NCBI GenBank assembly: GCA_050084515.1
Contig: CM114271.1
Location: 32,922,001-32,986,000, forward strand
Direction: 5' to 3'
Length of the DNA stretch: 64,000 bases
Source: Blasia pusilla
Lineage: Eukaryota
The position numbers were made by a program, and so were the translations under genes. Below are positions 51,540 to 62,919 of the stretch, piece after piece (position 1 is the stretch's first letter; each line of letters starts with the position of its first letter). Below the pieces are notes generated by a model. That model had not been told where the DNA came from and searched no databases. It saw only the letters and a list, made by a program, of their open reading frames with translations.

Positions 51540-52500
51540 CCAGAGGAGGGTATTCGCGTGTTGGATCTCTTTGGAGGGATCATAACAGGCTTAGCTGATG
51601 TTTTGCAGGCAGGAGTGTGCGTGCAGTAGTATTGTACGTTGAGATTGATGATGATGCGAGGCGCGCTTCACTTCGCCATGTGGCACAATTTTTCCTCTGA
51701 TGTCCCGAATTTTTTTCTGTGTCCGCCGTCTAGGGGTTCCAAAGTTCCCTACCGAGGGACATTTCATTGTTGGGGGCGCAGGACTTGGAGTGGGTAGGGA
51801 CCATAGATTTGGTCATTGCTGGTTGGCCGTGTCAGGACGAGTCAAGTGTTGGAGAAGGTAGCGGGTTGGGTGACACTCGATCCGGGTTATTTTGGGAAAT
51901 GATACGGATCTTGCGACACTTGCAAGAACATCAATCTCGTTCTCCAGCATCCATTCTAGAGAATATACCAATTTTGGGCGATTTGAGGTCTCGCGTAGTG
52001 ACGAGTGCACATCAGGTGCATGCATGGATTGGCTGTGTAGTATTGTTGGATGCGGCGAGTGTAGATTCATGAGCATATCGCCCGCCTCTTTGGTGGACCC
52101 AACTTGGTGCTACATGACTTGTTGCGGAGGGATTATGCAAGAGTGGAGAGCTCCTCTGATTTGTTGGTGGATTCTATTGTGGATCCAGGTCGTCCATCAC
52201 AGGCAATGAGGCACGATGATCGACCGCCATTGACTGTGATCAACAGGATTGGCATGCTTGGGGCAGCCTTTCCCACATTGGTGAGTTTTCCCGCCCCCTA
52301 TGCATTCAAGGAGGGTGGGCCTGGCTTAGTTTGGGATGATGAGGTACAGCGGTTGATGGAGCCCAACGCCGATGAGCGAGAGCAAGCGATGGGATTCCCC
52401 ACAAGAGTGACGGAAATATCATCACTATTAGAGGCATCAAAATGCCATGTCTTGGGTTAGGCAATAGACCTGAACTGTTTGATATGGATGTTCAACTTAG
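51540..52500 (+). pseudogene. C5 cytosine DNA methyltransferase domain within the pol polyprotein (frameshifts and stops)
   Basis: Motifs in canonical order: I IRVLDLFGGI (51552), II YVEIDDDAR, III PRDI, IV IDLVIAGWPCQD (catalytic PC at 51827-51832), V GLGDTRSGLFWEMIRIL, VI ILENIP, VIII LDAASVDS*AYR..LWWTN, IX EPNADEREQAMGFP, X HVLG*AIDLN. Confidence 0.92.
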
Positions 52501-52919
52501 GAGTAGTTGATCATCGTCGTTTGAGGTTGCGACAGATTACACTTGTTGCGTTGGTGAGCCCCATGCCTACTGAGATGGTTCAAGTATTGGCTGGGGGCGA
52601 GACCCAAGGAAATCGACACACCAAGTGTGATCGGGAGAGACACCCTTAGACTTCTTGGGTTGTTTTGCATGTACATTGAGAGATGATAGCCACAACATCG
52701 AGCGTGATTCCTGGTACTGTACGTGGAGGAGATCACAGTTTGCAGTTGGCTACAAGGGAGCAGACGAGTTCTATTGTCCGAGAGGAGGTTCCATCACAAC
52801 AACCATTGACATCCGTGCCGGAGAGTCCTAACATAGACATGATGGAGACTTGGGAGCCAGATATGGGTCCTAAGTAGATAGGAGGAGAGCGGCGCCAGAT
52901 ACACTAGTTCCTTAGGAGT

Positions 52920-55680
52920 TATAGGAGTTGTTTTTCATTTTGCATGCATGATTTGGGTACACTAAAGGGTACATGGATCCGCATTAAGTTGTCGAGCGAC
53001 ACGCCAATCTTCTTACAACCCTACAGGTATAGTGATATGGAGAGGGCTCTGATTCAGAGTAGAAGCCAAGACTTGGTTGGAGTAGGATTAGTGGAGATGT
53101 CGCATGGAGAGTATGCATCTCCCACTGTCATGCCCGCCAAGAAGGATGTGCATGGCAACTGGATGGATAGGCGGATGTGGGAGATTACCAACCTATCAAT
53201 CGGTAGACAAAGTCCGATAGGTATGCCATGCCCACCCATGAGGAGATCTTTGATGCTATTGGGCAAACAAAGATCTTCAGTTCGTTAGATCTTCGAGCCG
53301 GATACTATCAATTGCCTATCAGATTGGAGGATAGGCAAAAGACAACATTTTGGGGCATCGATCCTCACGGGAAAGATTTCTTGTACTAGTGGCACTTCTT
53401 ACCATTTGGGTTAAAGAATACCACGGCTGAGTTTCAGAGGGTCATGGATAGGATCTTGGAAGGTCTAGATTTTGCTAGGTGTTACATTGATGACATCGTA
53501 GTCTTTAGCGCCACGGTTGAGGAGCATGAGCGACATCTTGAGGAGGTGTTTCCACAATTGCACTAACATGGGCAGAAATTATATCTAGGCAAGTGCAAGT
53601 TCTTCTACAACCCGATTGAGTATCTGGGTCATACAATATACCTACGGGGCCTTGGTATGCAGCAGACAAAGGGAGAGGCTATTTCACGCATTCCACGCCC
53701 TACAGATGGGAGTCAAGTTCTTGCATTCATGAGACTGGCGAACTTCTATTGATGGTATGTCAAGGGTTTCAGTTCAATTGCGAAGCCACTAACCTTGCTG
53801 ATCAAGGTGGATCATGAGTGGCATTGGGGGGATAAGCAGGAGAGAACATTTCAGCAACTTAAGGACAGATTGACGCCCCTATCCATATTGAGGAGATCGA
53901 TTAGGGGGCGTCCTTTCCAATTGCGTACACATTGGAGCATGTTGGGGCTTGGAGCGGTGCTTACCTAGCATGATGATGAGGGTAAAGAGAACTTTGTGGC
54001 TTACACTAGTCGCTCGAACAACATTGTAGAGTCGAAGTATAGCTCGTATGAGGGTGAGTGCTTGGCCGTAGTGTGGGCTGTCGCGCATTTCAAGTGTTAT
54101 TTATTTGGAAACCCCTTTACCATCATTATTGATGATCAGCCACTTAAGTGGGTGATGGAGTCCCACAAGCTTACATGGAAGCTTGGGAGGTGGGCTCTTT
54201 TGTTGCAAGAGTATAATTTCCACGCGGTACATAGACCTGGGACGCTCAACCAAGATGTAGATGGTTTGAGCAGTAACCCATGCGCGAGTCAGGGAGATGC
54301 GACTGAAGTTTGTTGGCATGGAGAGAGTGATGAGGAATTGGTGCCAGGATGGCAGACGTCAGTCTATTTGGGGTTGTTGGCTATGGAGAGCCGGATTGCT
54401 GAGACTTTGATGGTGAGGTCTGATGGAGAGTCCTTAGATCTAGAGGCCGGTGAGGAGACGACATGTGGCCAAGTCATTCACGACGATGGAGTTGTCTTGG
54501 AGTACCTGTGTATTGGCAAAGTCGTAGGCACAATGGGTGCTAGAGAGCAGGATCAGATCTTATAGTGATCCAAACGGTTCCGGTGGGAGGGGACACATGT
54601 GTTGCAAGTTTTGGAGGATGGTAGAGTACGTGTAGTGCCTCATCCTTCACAGAGAGCACCTTTGGTGCGTCACGCCCACAAGGAGTTGGATCATTTTGGA
54701 GTGAAGCCGACGTACAACTTGCTCCAAATACAGTATTGGTGGCGAGGCATGCAGATTGATGTTCAACATTTTGTTTCCAGATGCATCGTGTGTGATATGG
54801 TCCGAGCATCGTTCAATGCTCCGACTCCACCGTTGCATCCAATTCCGATCATGGGTTTAGGTTATAGACGAAGTTTGGATTTTGCAGTACCTTTACCTTT
54901 GACGGAGCGCCATAGTCGTTATGTGTTGTTGATGGTCGATCACTTCTTGAAGTGGATAGAGTTGGTTGCATTGCCTGACAAAGCAAGCAAGTGAGTAGCG
55001 TATGCCTTCCTAGATCGAGTGCTGAGTCATTACGGCGCACCAACTGAGGTGTTGATAGACAAGGGTTGAGAGTTTTGCGGGGAGTTTCAGGCCTTGTGTG
55101 ATCAGACACTGATCGACCACCGCACCACTTCGGGAGATCATCTTGAGGTGGATGGACTAGCGGAGAGGGTTGTGCAGACGGTGAAGAGAGGATTACCCAA
55201 GTATGGCTTGTAGAGAGGTTACATAGGAGATTGGGACCTCCAGTTTCCGTGGTTGGCGATGGGATACAGATTCAATAGGCAAGCATCCTTAACGTCTTTC
55301 TCACCGTACTTGCTCCTTTATGGTCGAGAGCCAGATTTACCTAAGGCCATTTATCGAGATGTTGGTTAGGTGTTGAACCTTGAAGACCCTGATGTATGGA
55401 TGCGAGCATATTCTTAGAGGGATGAATTGTTTCGGAGAGTGATGCCCATGGCGTTTGAGAGCTTGGCAATTGCGCAACATTGGGATACGTTGAGGTATGC
55501 GACTATTCGGGGAGGTGGTTATCGACCGACTATCTGGATGTTTCAACAGGGAGACTATGTCCACTTACAACAGACGGCACCCACGATGTTGGATGTGACC
55601 GCAGGGTGCACGGTACCATCTTGAGAGTGCGTGAATTTTTCTATCTGGTGTTCTCTTATTGGAGGGACGCGATGGTATGG
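52920..55680 (+). pseudogene. pol: Reverse transcriptase, RNase H and DDE integrase, disrupted
   Basis: YASPTVMPAKKD, LDLRAGYYQ, LPFGLKN, YIDD (53483), YLGH, YSSYEGECLAVVWAV, HAHKELDHFG..CIVC (HHCC), SLDFA, IDKG*EF, GLAERVV; RT-RH-INT order indicates Ty3/Gypsy. Confidence 0.95.
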
Positions 55681-55778
55681 TTTGGAAGGACCATGTGCGT
55701 AATTGTGCGCCATATCACCTTCCTAACATTGGCGGTACAATTGATCCAAGCTTAGCAGTAGTTCCTATAGGCTTGCCA

Positions 55779-55919
55779 TGTATGTTGCGTGGTTTTGCCC
55801 ATGGTGCAACCACTATGCTCGTATGTAATGGATGTTCGAGAGGATGGCATATGGCATGTTTGACGCTACCTCTCATTAGGGTTCCTCAGGGATGATGGAT
55901 GTGTCCCAGATGTACATAG
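55779..55919 (+). pseudogene. PHD finger at the integrase C-terminus
   Basis: CMLR....TMLVCNGCSRGWHMACLTLPLIRVPQG*WMCPRCT* fits the C4HC3 pattern, with the second Cys mutated (CGT) and one in-frame stop. Confidence 0.88.
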
Positions 55920-56664
55920 AGTAGGTAGTTATAGATTCCGACTTATGTCTGTGACATGAATGACAAGAAGGCGACTAACGATGGGGCCATATGAGCATCC
56001 GACCTGTTTGCTTTTAGCGTCCGAGAGATATATGTCATGGTAGGTAAGGATAGATGGCTATCTGGAGTTAGAGGGACCTAACCACCAACTAGGGGGAAAT
56101 TGGAGATACTTTGGTACTTCTTGTCTCGTTTTTTGAATTCCATGAGTTAGTATGGGATTATGTGTGTTTGTGTGTATGTTCGGTGATTGCGATGTATGTT
56201 GTATAGCGATGTGTATGCGCACGATAACTGTCACATATTTTAGGATAGATCAACGAGATCTAGTAGAGTGCCTTCAAAGATACTGGAGGAGAGCCTCAAG
56301 AGGTTGAGAAAGACCTGCTAAGGCCACGGGTAACGTGCAAGAGCTGGTTTTTCCTTCGTTTCGGCTCATTTGGAGCCACATTGAGGAACTTACTATTTTG
56401 GGTAAGTTATAGTGTATGGTATAGTTGAATTTCCACTTTGGGAAGTGGCCCTTAACCCGCTACACCAAGTCAAGAGCTAGGAGGTGACGTGTGAGCATAG
56501 GTTATCGTGGAGAGGGATTGGGAGAGGGAAGGGTGTTTACCTCCAAGAGAGAGCTTAAGAGCTCATTCTTTTTGTTGAACCTCTTGGCATGAGGCGACGG
56601 AGCTATGGTCTTCCTTGCTTTGTGTGTGTAACCCAAGCCTCTCATTAGGAGAGTGGGTTTGGTT

Positions 56665-56729
<65 letters not shown>

Positions 56730-58323
56730 TGTGCATACCATGTAGAGCTTGGTGTGAAACATTATGTGAGATTTGAGCGATTTAATGGGATTATGTGTGT
56801 TGTGTGTTTGTGTGTATGTTGTGACAACGACGTATGTTGTGTAGCAATGTGTATGCGCACGATACTACTAGAGTCTGCAAATTTTTTTCCAATGTCCTTT
56901 TCTCATAGCAATATGAATGATTTCCAACAATTTTCCAGCACCAAAAATTTTATTCCATACATGAACTCTTAGAGCTCAAAATAAATTGGAATAGTGAAAA
57001 CATCATGTAACACGAGGCTATAATTTACCACTTTGCAAAAGTCTACATTTGCATTCATGAAACCACTTTTGATATGGAATTAAAGTACATGTGGCTCTCG
57101 CAATTATGGTAGTCATTGGCTAAGTTTTGAAGGCTTATAGTTTTGATTCTTCTCAAAATTTTAAGATTTTTATAATGACTCATTTTCCTTTTAATTCAAA
57201 TTTCCTCATTTTACAGATTTCCATAGGAAATATTTGAAATTTCTTGCTCTGAAAACAATGTGGGCACCAGCCGGCCTTATATACACACACTCTCCAAGAA
57301 AGACCCGTCAACTTCTTCTACCTAAAAGTCCTAGATGAGAATTGAGCTACTCTTAATTAGCGATCGTTAATCAAGAACAAAATTAGATTGTCTTTTTGCC
57401 CATCTTCGATCTAAAATTCCTAGATGAGAATTGAGCTACTCTTTATTTAGGAGCAAAGTTAGATTGTGTCTTAACGTCCATTAATACCAAGCTAAGCAAC
57501 ACCAAACTTGCAACTAGTGGACATGTATTTCTTTACCCGTCCCATGGTGGACACATTTTCCTATTGTTTCTATATCTTACAGAATTAAACATGCAAATTG
57601 TTGTACAGTTCTCATGCGTCTTTATGAAATGCTAAAATTAGCTTACTCCAATGGTTACTCTCGGGCTTACTTGGTAACCTTTAGGTCACGTCATTGCTCA
57701 TCGTGATTTGGGGGATACTTAATCGATGAGAAATCACTTTTCTCACATCCATCTTGCTTAGCGATTTTGAATCATTTTTATCTTGTTCGTACTTTTCAGA
57801 GTTATTTCAAGGAAACATACTTTTGTGAGCCATAAAACTAGGTTTGTGGAGTAATTCCTTTGGTTGTCTTCCATGGAGCTCAACAATTGTGGCCGGTATG
57901 CAATACAAGTGGCAATTAAACTTGACTTCACTCTTTGAAATAACAAACGTTTAAATTCATCCTCATATATACTTCATACCATTATAATGAAATAGAACAT
58001 CCATTCACCTCAACCTCCCCTCCACAGACAAGGGGAGAGATGAGCCTCCAAGAAAACCTTTGGAAGAGCGTTGTTTGGTTTTGGAGGTTTCTAGGTTTCA
58101 CGAAATGAACTTCACTTCTTTAGAGCTAGGATTATAACTTGCCAATGAGTGTAGGTGGGACATGAACTGGAGGAAGCACAATGTCAACATTTCCTATGCT
58201 GGCTTCCTGCATCTGTTTGCAATAGTTTGGCATTCGCAACCAATGAAGAATTCAACCCTCCAATGGAATGGGAGGAAGTTGAAGGGTGTGCGCATGGAAG
58301 GTCAAGCTATCTTGGAAGGATCC

Positions 58324-61300
58324 TCATCTACTTGAGCTTTTGACGGTATCAACCAGCGCAGCCGCTTCTAGAACTGCAGAAGCTAACAATGATGGTCGGC
58401 ACTCCAATAATCTGCTTCTAGGGCTCACAGACCCACAAATGGCTCTGTCCTCATCCTGCAGATTTTCGAAGAACTTTTTTACAATCTGCAAGCAAAAGTT
58501 CACCACTTCAATGAGGCGTAGTGGCTGTGGGAACTATTTCTTCAGGTATTAACTCTTCTATAACCTCTGTCGGTCAGCAAAGATGAAAGATTTACAGGTG
58601 ATAACAGCAAGGGATTGAGACTAGAAGGGTTTTTAGAAACATGATTTGGATTGTGAGCAGGCCAGGCTTAGAAGTAGAGAGATGGTTGGCTCAAATTCTT
58701 AACTACTCTTTGAGAGTCTTCACCTTTTCTGAATGGGGTGCAGTACTGCTTCCTACATGTGGACAGATTGACATTCATCAGGCCCCTATCCAACAGCATC
58801 CATGTGCTAGGAAACATTTTCGTGGAGCATTACCTTGCGCGCATAACCACCATACCCTACTCCAGCAATAACTGCATCTTGTTTGTCCTCCTGGCAGTCT
58901 CTCGAGCTCGTGGTATCAGCTGCAAAGTCAATCCCTCAGCGAGCATCACAGTGTTCAAACTTTACAGGCTGTCCCATGGAGACCAACTCAACTGCTATCC
59001 TTCGGTGGAATGTTTCGAAACAAGTATATCCACCATCAAAGAATATAGACTTACCACACAATCCCATCTTGTTCATTGCAGCTACAGTATGTTTGTTCGT
59101 TCCGCCTGCGAGTTGTAAGTAACCTAGTTTAACACCCAATAAATGTGTCAGCATCATGCCTACACGTTGGATGCAAGAGACTGTCCACTGTCAAATTCAG
59201 AAGAGTTATTTTAACTCGTTATAGGTGAGAGCCATAGAGACAAAATTTTGTCATCCACAGATAGACCAAGAAAATCAAGAATTCTCATACCCCAAGGACT
59301 GAAGGAGAAGTGATTGAAAAATAGACCCATTACTGCAGTGATCCACATCCTGACATTGAAAAAAAAATGCACTACTACTTACCTCCATGACCAGGACTCA
59401 CAGGGTATGTAAGGAATGGAATGTAGTGTCCTTGGAAGGAGAATAAACTGTCACTCAAAATCCAAACTAGAAGCAATTGAGGATCCCTTGTGAAAAACCG
59501 ACGTACATCCAGCCTCTTCCACATGTCCCCCAATCATTTGAAACAGAACTTACAGTGAAGAACACACTTTGACATGATGGATAAGACGTTGGATATCTAG
59601 GAATGATGTCCTTTGAAAGGGCAGTTTACTGAGTACCAACACAAAGTGCGGACACTACTCTACACTCAAACTAGTTCATAGTTACCACATTGTAATGAAC
59701 ATTTGAACGTACATACTGACAACACACACGACAATGAAACCTACCACGAGGTCTGTCAGGTGACGCAGCCACGCGCGCAGCTAGATTAACAGATGCTCTT
59801 GTTGCACCCAAACCAATATCTCCACTCATTGGACGTCCATCTAACTGCAAGGGAAACACATTTTCAGCTGACAGTTCACCACTGGCAGTACTCTGTGTAA
59901 ATTGTTTCTCTTACGAAGAAGTGGAATATAAATTCCTTGCTGCTAAGAGTTGTGCAAATTGTAGAGGCAGTTTTATGGTATGGCAATCCATGCCACGTTG
60001 CTTACACTTGTTTCCATGACTTACTAGATTCATTTGATGGAAATGTCCAGCTCTGGTCTAGTCATCTGCAAGTAGTTAGCATGTGTGGTTTACTTCAGTG
60101 GAGAATTTTGAAGATTCTATTCATAAAGTACCGGCTGTCATAGCGGCAGGACCCAAGAACCTAGTTGCTCTGGGATAGGTGGGGAAATGGAAGGGAAAGA
60201 GGTGAAGACAGTACCTCTCAGAAAGAGTGGGTATGGAAGAGACGCGAAGAACTACAGCAAGAACACGGAACCAAAATTTTGGAAAGGCTTAGACAAAAGA
60301 TAAACTTGTTGCTTGCTCGTTGTATCCACAACTTTTTTTTTTTCATACAGTAATGAAGTGTGAGGACAAACCTGCCAAAGATTGAGATTCTTCACAAAAG
60401 GTTGCATGAGTGTATACATGGTCGATAGTGTTGGAATCATAGACTCCCCCAAATCAGGTACACTCACCTGAATAATCAATATGACCATGATGGAACAAGT
60501 AAGTCAAAATGAACTACAGAAGCCTGCTTATGAGCCCCATCTGTGCTTGACACACAACTATGATTTGTGCTATGAACTGTACTGCTCAATAAATAAATGT
60601 AGTTTTGTATGGAATGAGAAAGAAAACACAATAATTCAAAGACCTCATGCATGTAGAGGTAGTTTTGTGAGCACATGTGCTTTACATGTGAGTAGAACCT
60701 ACGGCAACAAGTTTGAGGAGTGCCAGCGTACTTCCCAACTTTGCAATCAAGTTCTCGAAGGTCTTCATATGCCTGGAAAAATGCTGAAGGTTTCTAATTA
60801 TGAACTTGCTAACAGTGAGACACTCTAAAAAAATACAAACACAACTGCCACAAATGCCTTGGATACCATTACTTTATAAAGTTTGCAGTGATAAAAGGCG
60901 ATCATGGGGTTGTAAGAGTCTACTGACGATTGAAATGCACAATAAACCCTTGGCCTGGAACAACAGGAGGAAGAAGGAACCCACCCTTCACCAGTATGTA
61001 TCTCAATTGCATCAACGTGGCCATTGACAATTAGGTCAGCCACTGCCTCAATGGGTCGGACATAAGTCCTGGCACCTGCAACCCACAAGATTATAACATT
61101 CAGCTTTTACAAGTCACTAAAGCCCTGCACCACCACAAGCATTCCAGTTCAAAGTCCAGAATTTTCAGTTAGATGAATCATGGTAGTAGGAAACTCACTG
61201 ATAAGACCCATCGGACATATTGGGAGACACCGACCACACCCATAGCAGCGCTCCATTATAATTCCACCCTCCTGTAAGGCCATAGGAATATTAACTCATG

Positions 61301-62919
61301 TTCATCACAAATACAACAATCCATACACACACCAGCTTCTCAACGCCACTGGATACTCGCTGTGCACATACCAGTGGAGTCGCACCAGCTTCTTTGCCTT
61401 CGCTGGGCTCTTGAAACTTGATCGCTAAAGCAGGGCATACACGTTCGCAGGGCCGCGGGCAGTCTGGGGGGCAGTGTTGTGAGTTGAACTCTGTGTCCAC
61501 AAAATTCATAGATTATTGACCAGCCAGGAGACTTCTGCAGTGGGGAACCATGAAAATGCACAACCGAGTGAATGAATACAAAGAGTACTCTCTGAAACCT
61601 GTGATCCACCCACTTTGGCGATGGTGTCAACTATCAAACTATCATCTCTGGCTCAAATCACAAAAATCCAGTTTATAAATCGCCGAACAACTTGAAATCA
61701 CACCCATGTTTTGAACGTGTGAAGAAGGGACACTGCAAAGAATACCAGCTTTTCGGAAATGTGGGTCCTCATCGTCATTTATGCTAATCATGATCCAGGG
61801 TTTTTTGAACAAACTTCCCCCATCATTTTGTAGATTTTGAAGCACATGCTTGGCAGCATTCACCCCATCCACCACCGCAGCAACGACTGCGGAGTCTGCC
61901 GCACAATCAATGCAGTCCACTGGAACATGATGATGAAAGCAACGTCAGTTGAGAACAAAACTCGTGTTCAAATCTTGGAAAGAACTACCAGTCCAAGGAT
62001 GACCACAACAGCTTGGGGACAAACTGACCACCCCATGAATCCGAACTTCACCACTCAACAATCGGTAAGTAGAATCGCACCCGAGGTTGTGAAAACCGTG
62101 ACTCTAAACACTGAACTTCATTCTGTACTCAGAAGTGATGTGGTAAATAGAACTAGCAACCGATATCGCAATGAAAAAAAAAAGGCAAGACTTGTCTGCA
62201 AGAACTCATTCTTACCGCCAGCCAAAGTGTAAACCAGGGACAGATTCCGCACTTCTGCAACATCCTGCCAAATGAAGTCAAAGACGTGCGCATTACAGCA
62301 CTGACTCCAATTCACTAGCCCTCTCACTTCTATTGCAACGATGGAGAATATTCGTCGACATTGAGGCGCTGACTACGAAATCGCTAAGTGCCATGCTGAA
62401 CACTCTTACAGGCCGAGCAGACAAGAATCGGCAATGGCCATGGCATCTTCCACAGAGAGCCTGGAACTTCCTATTACTCACCTCGAAGCTGGCTCCGCAA
62501 ATGAGCTTGACCCATCGCCCTTCTCTCAAGGAGACTTCAGGAGAGCTGGCTGTGGAAGTTTGGAGCCGAGCCACAATTGTGTCCCAATCGCCAAGGCTCC
62601 ATGATGTAGCTCCTCCTTCACGGACATCTGCTCCAATAACTCTCCTCAGAACCAGCCCAACCTACTCATCACCACTACAAAAACAGCCTCAGACAGAAAC
62701 CTTCCATTGCCAAAACTCGTCGCCTCAGAGGTCACACACACACACAAACAAAGATCGACAGGTCTTACCTCCACTATTCTTCTCCGCACTGAAAACAGCC
62801 TTGGAAGTGGCACGAGGAGAGCACTGGATTTTTGAGGCAGCAGTCCGTGACCATGTACCCGGATTTGGGGGGTGAAACGACGGGGCTCTGAGCACCCGTC
62901 GCAGCGCCAGCCCTTCCAT
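58324..62919 (-). CDS. ldpA: LdpA-like (light-dependent period) 4Fe-4S protein, multi-exon, probable plastid transit peptide
   Basis: WVKLICGASFE-DVAEVRNLSLVYTLAG-VDCIDCAAD; PWIMISINDDEDPHFRKA; CPPDCPRPCERVCPALAI; ERCYGCGRCLPICPMGLI; VDAIEIHT; LWQLDGRPMSGDIGLGATRA; LQLAGGTN; GVGYGGYARK; GT-AG introns. The start at 62919 (MEGLALRRVLRAPS) is inferred. Confidence 0.88.

Larger units (their letters stand above)
44295..56864 (+). mobile_element. Full-length decayed Ty3/Gypsy-type retrotransposon carrying a DNA methyltransferase and a PHD finger; split direct terminal repeats; TSD CTAC
   Basis: CTAC at 44291-44294 and 56865-56868; domain order gag-PR-DNMT-RT-RH-INT-PHD; purine tract AGGGGGAA at 56091; A1 44295-44706, B1 56099-56226, A2 56229-56784, B2 56785-56864. 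Confidence 0.9.

Noticed and set aside
51540-52500. Host DRM/CMT/MET1 gene or bacterial restriction-modification contamination
   Set aside because: Intronless, embedded between protease and RT, decayed like the surrounding pol, lacking UBA/BAH/chromo domains, and with no partner endonuclease
56101-56784. Conventional LTR defined as B+A (TG after the purine tract, CA at TTTACA)
   Set aside because: No B precedes A1 in the copies with an intact 5' end, and all four TSD pairs map to the A start and B end. Retained only as a possible ancestral arrangement
44295-56864. DIRS/Ngaro tyrosine-recombinase element
   Set aside because: No tyrosine recombinase motifs were recognised, while a clear HHCC + DDE integrase and 4-bp TSDs are present
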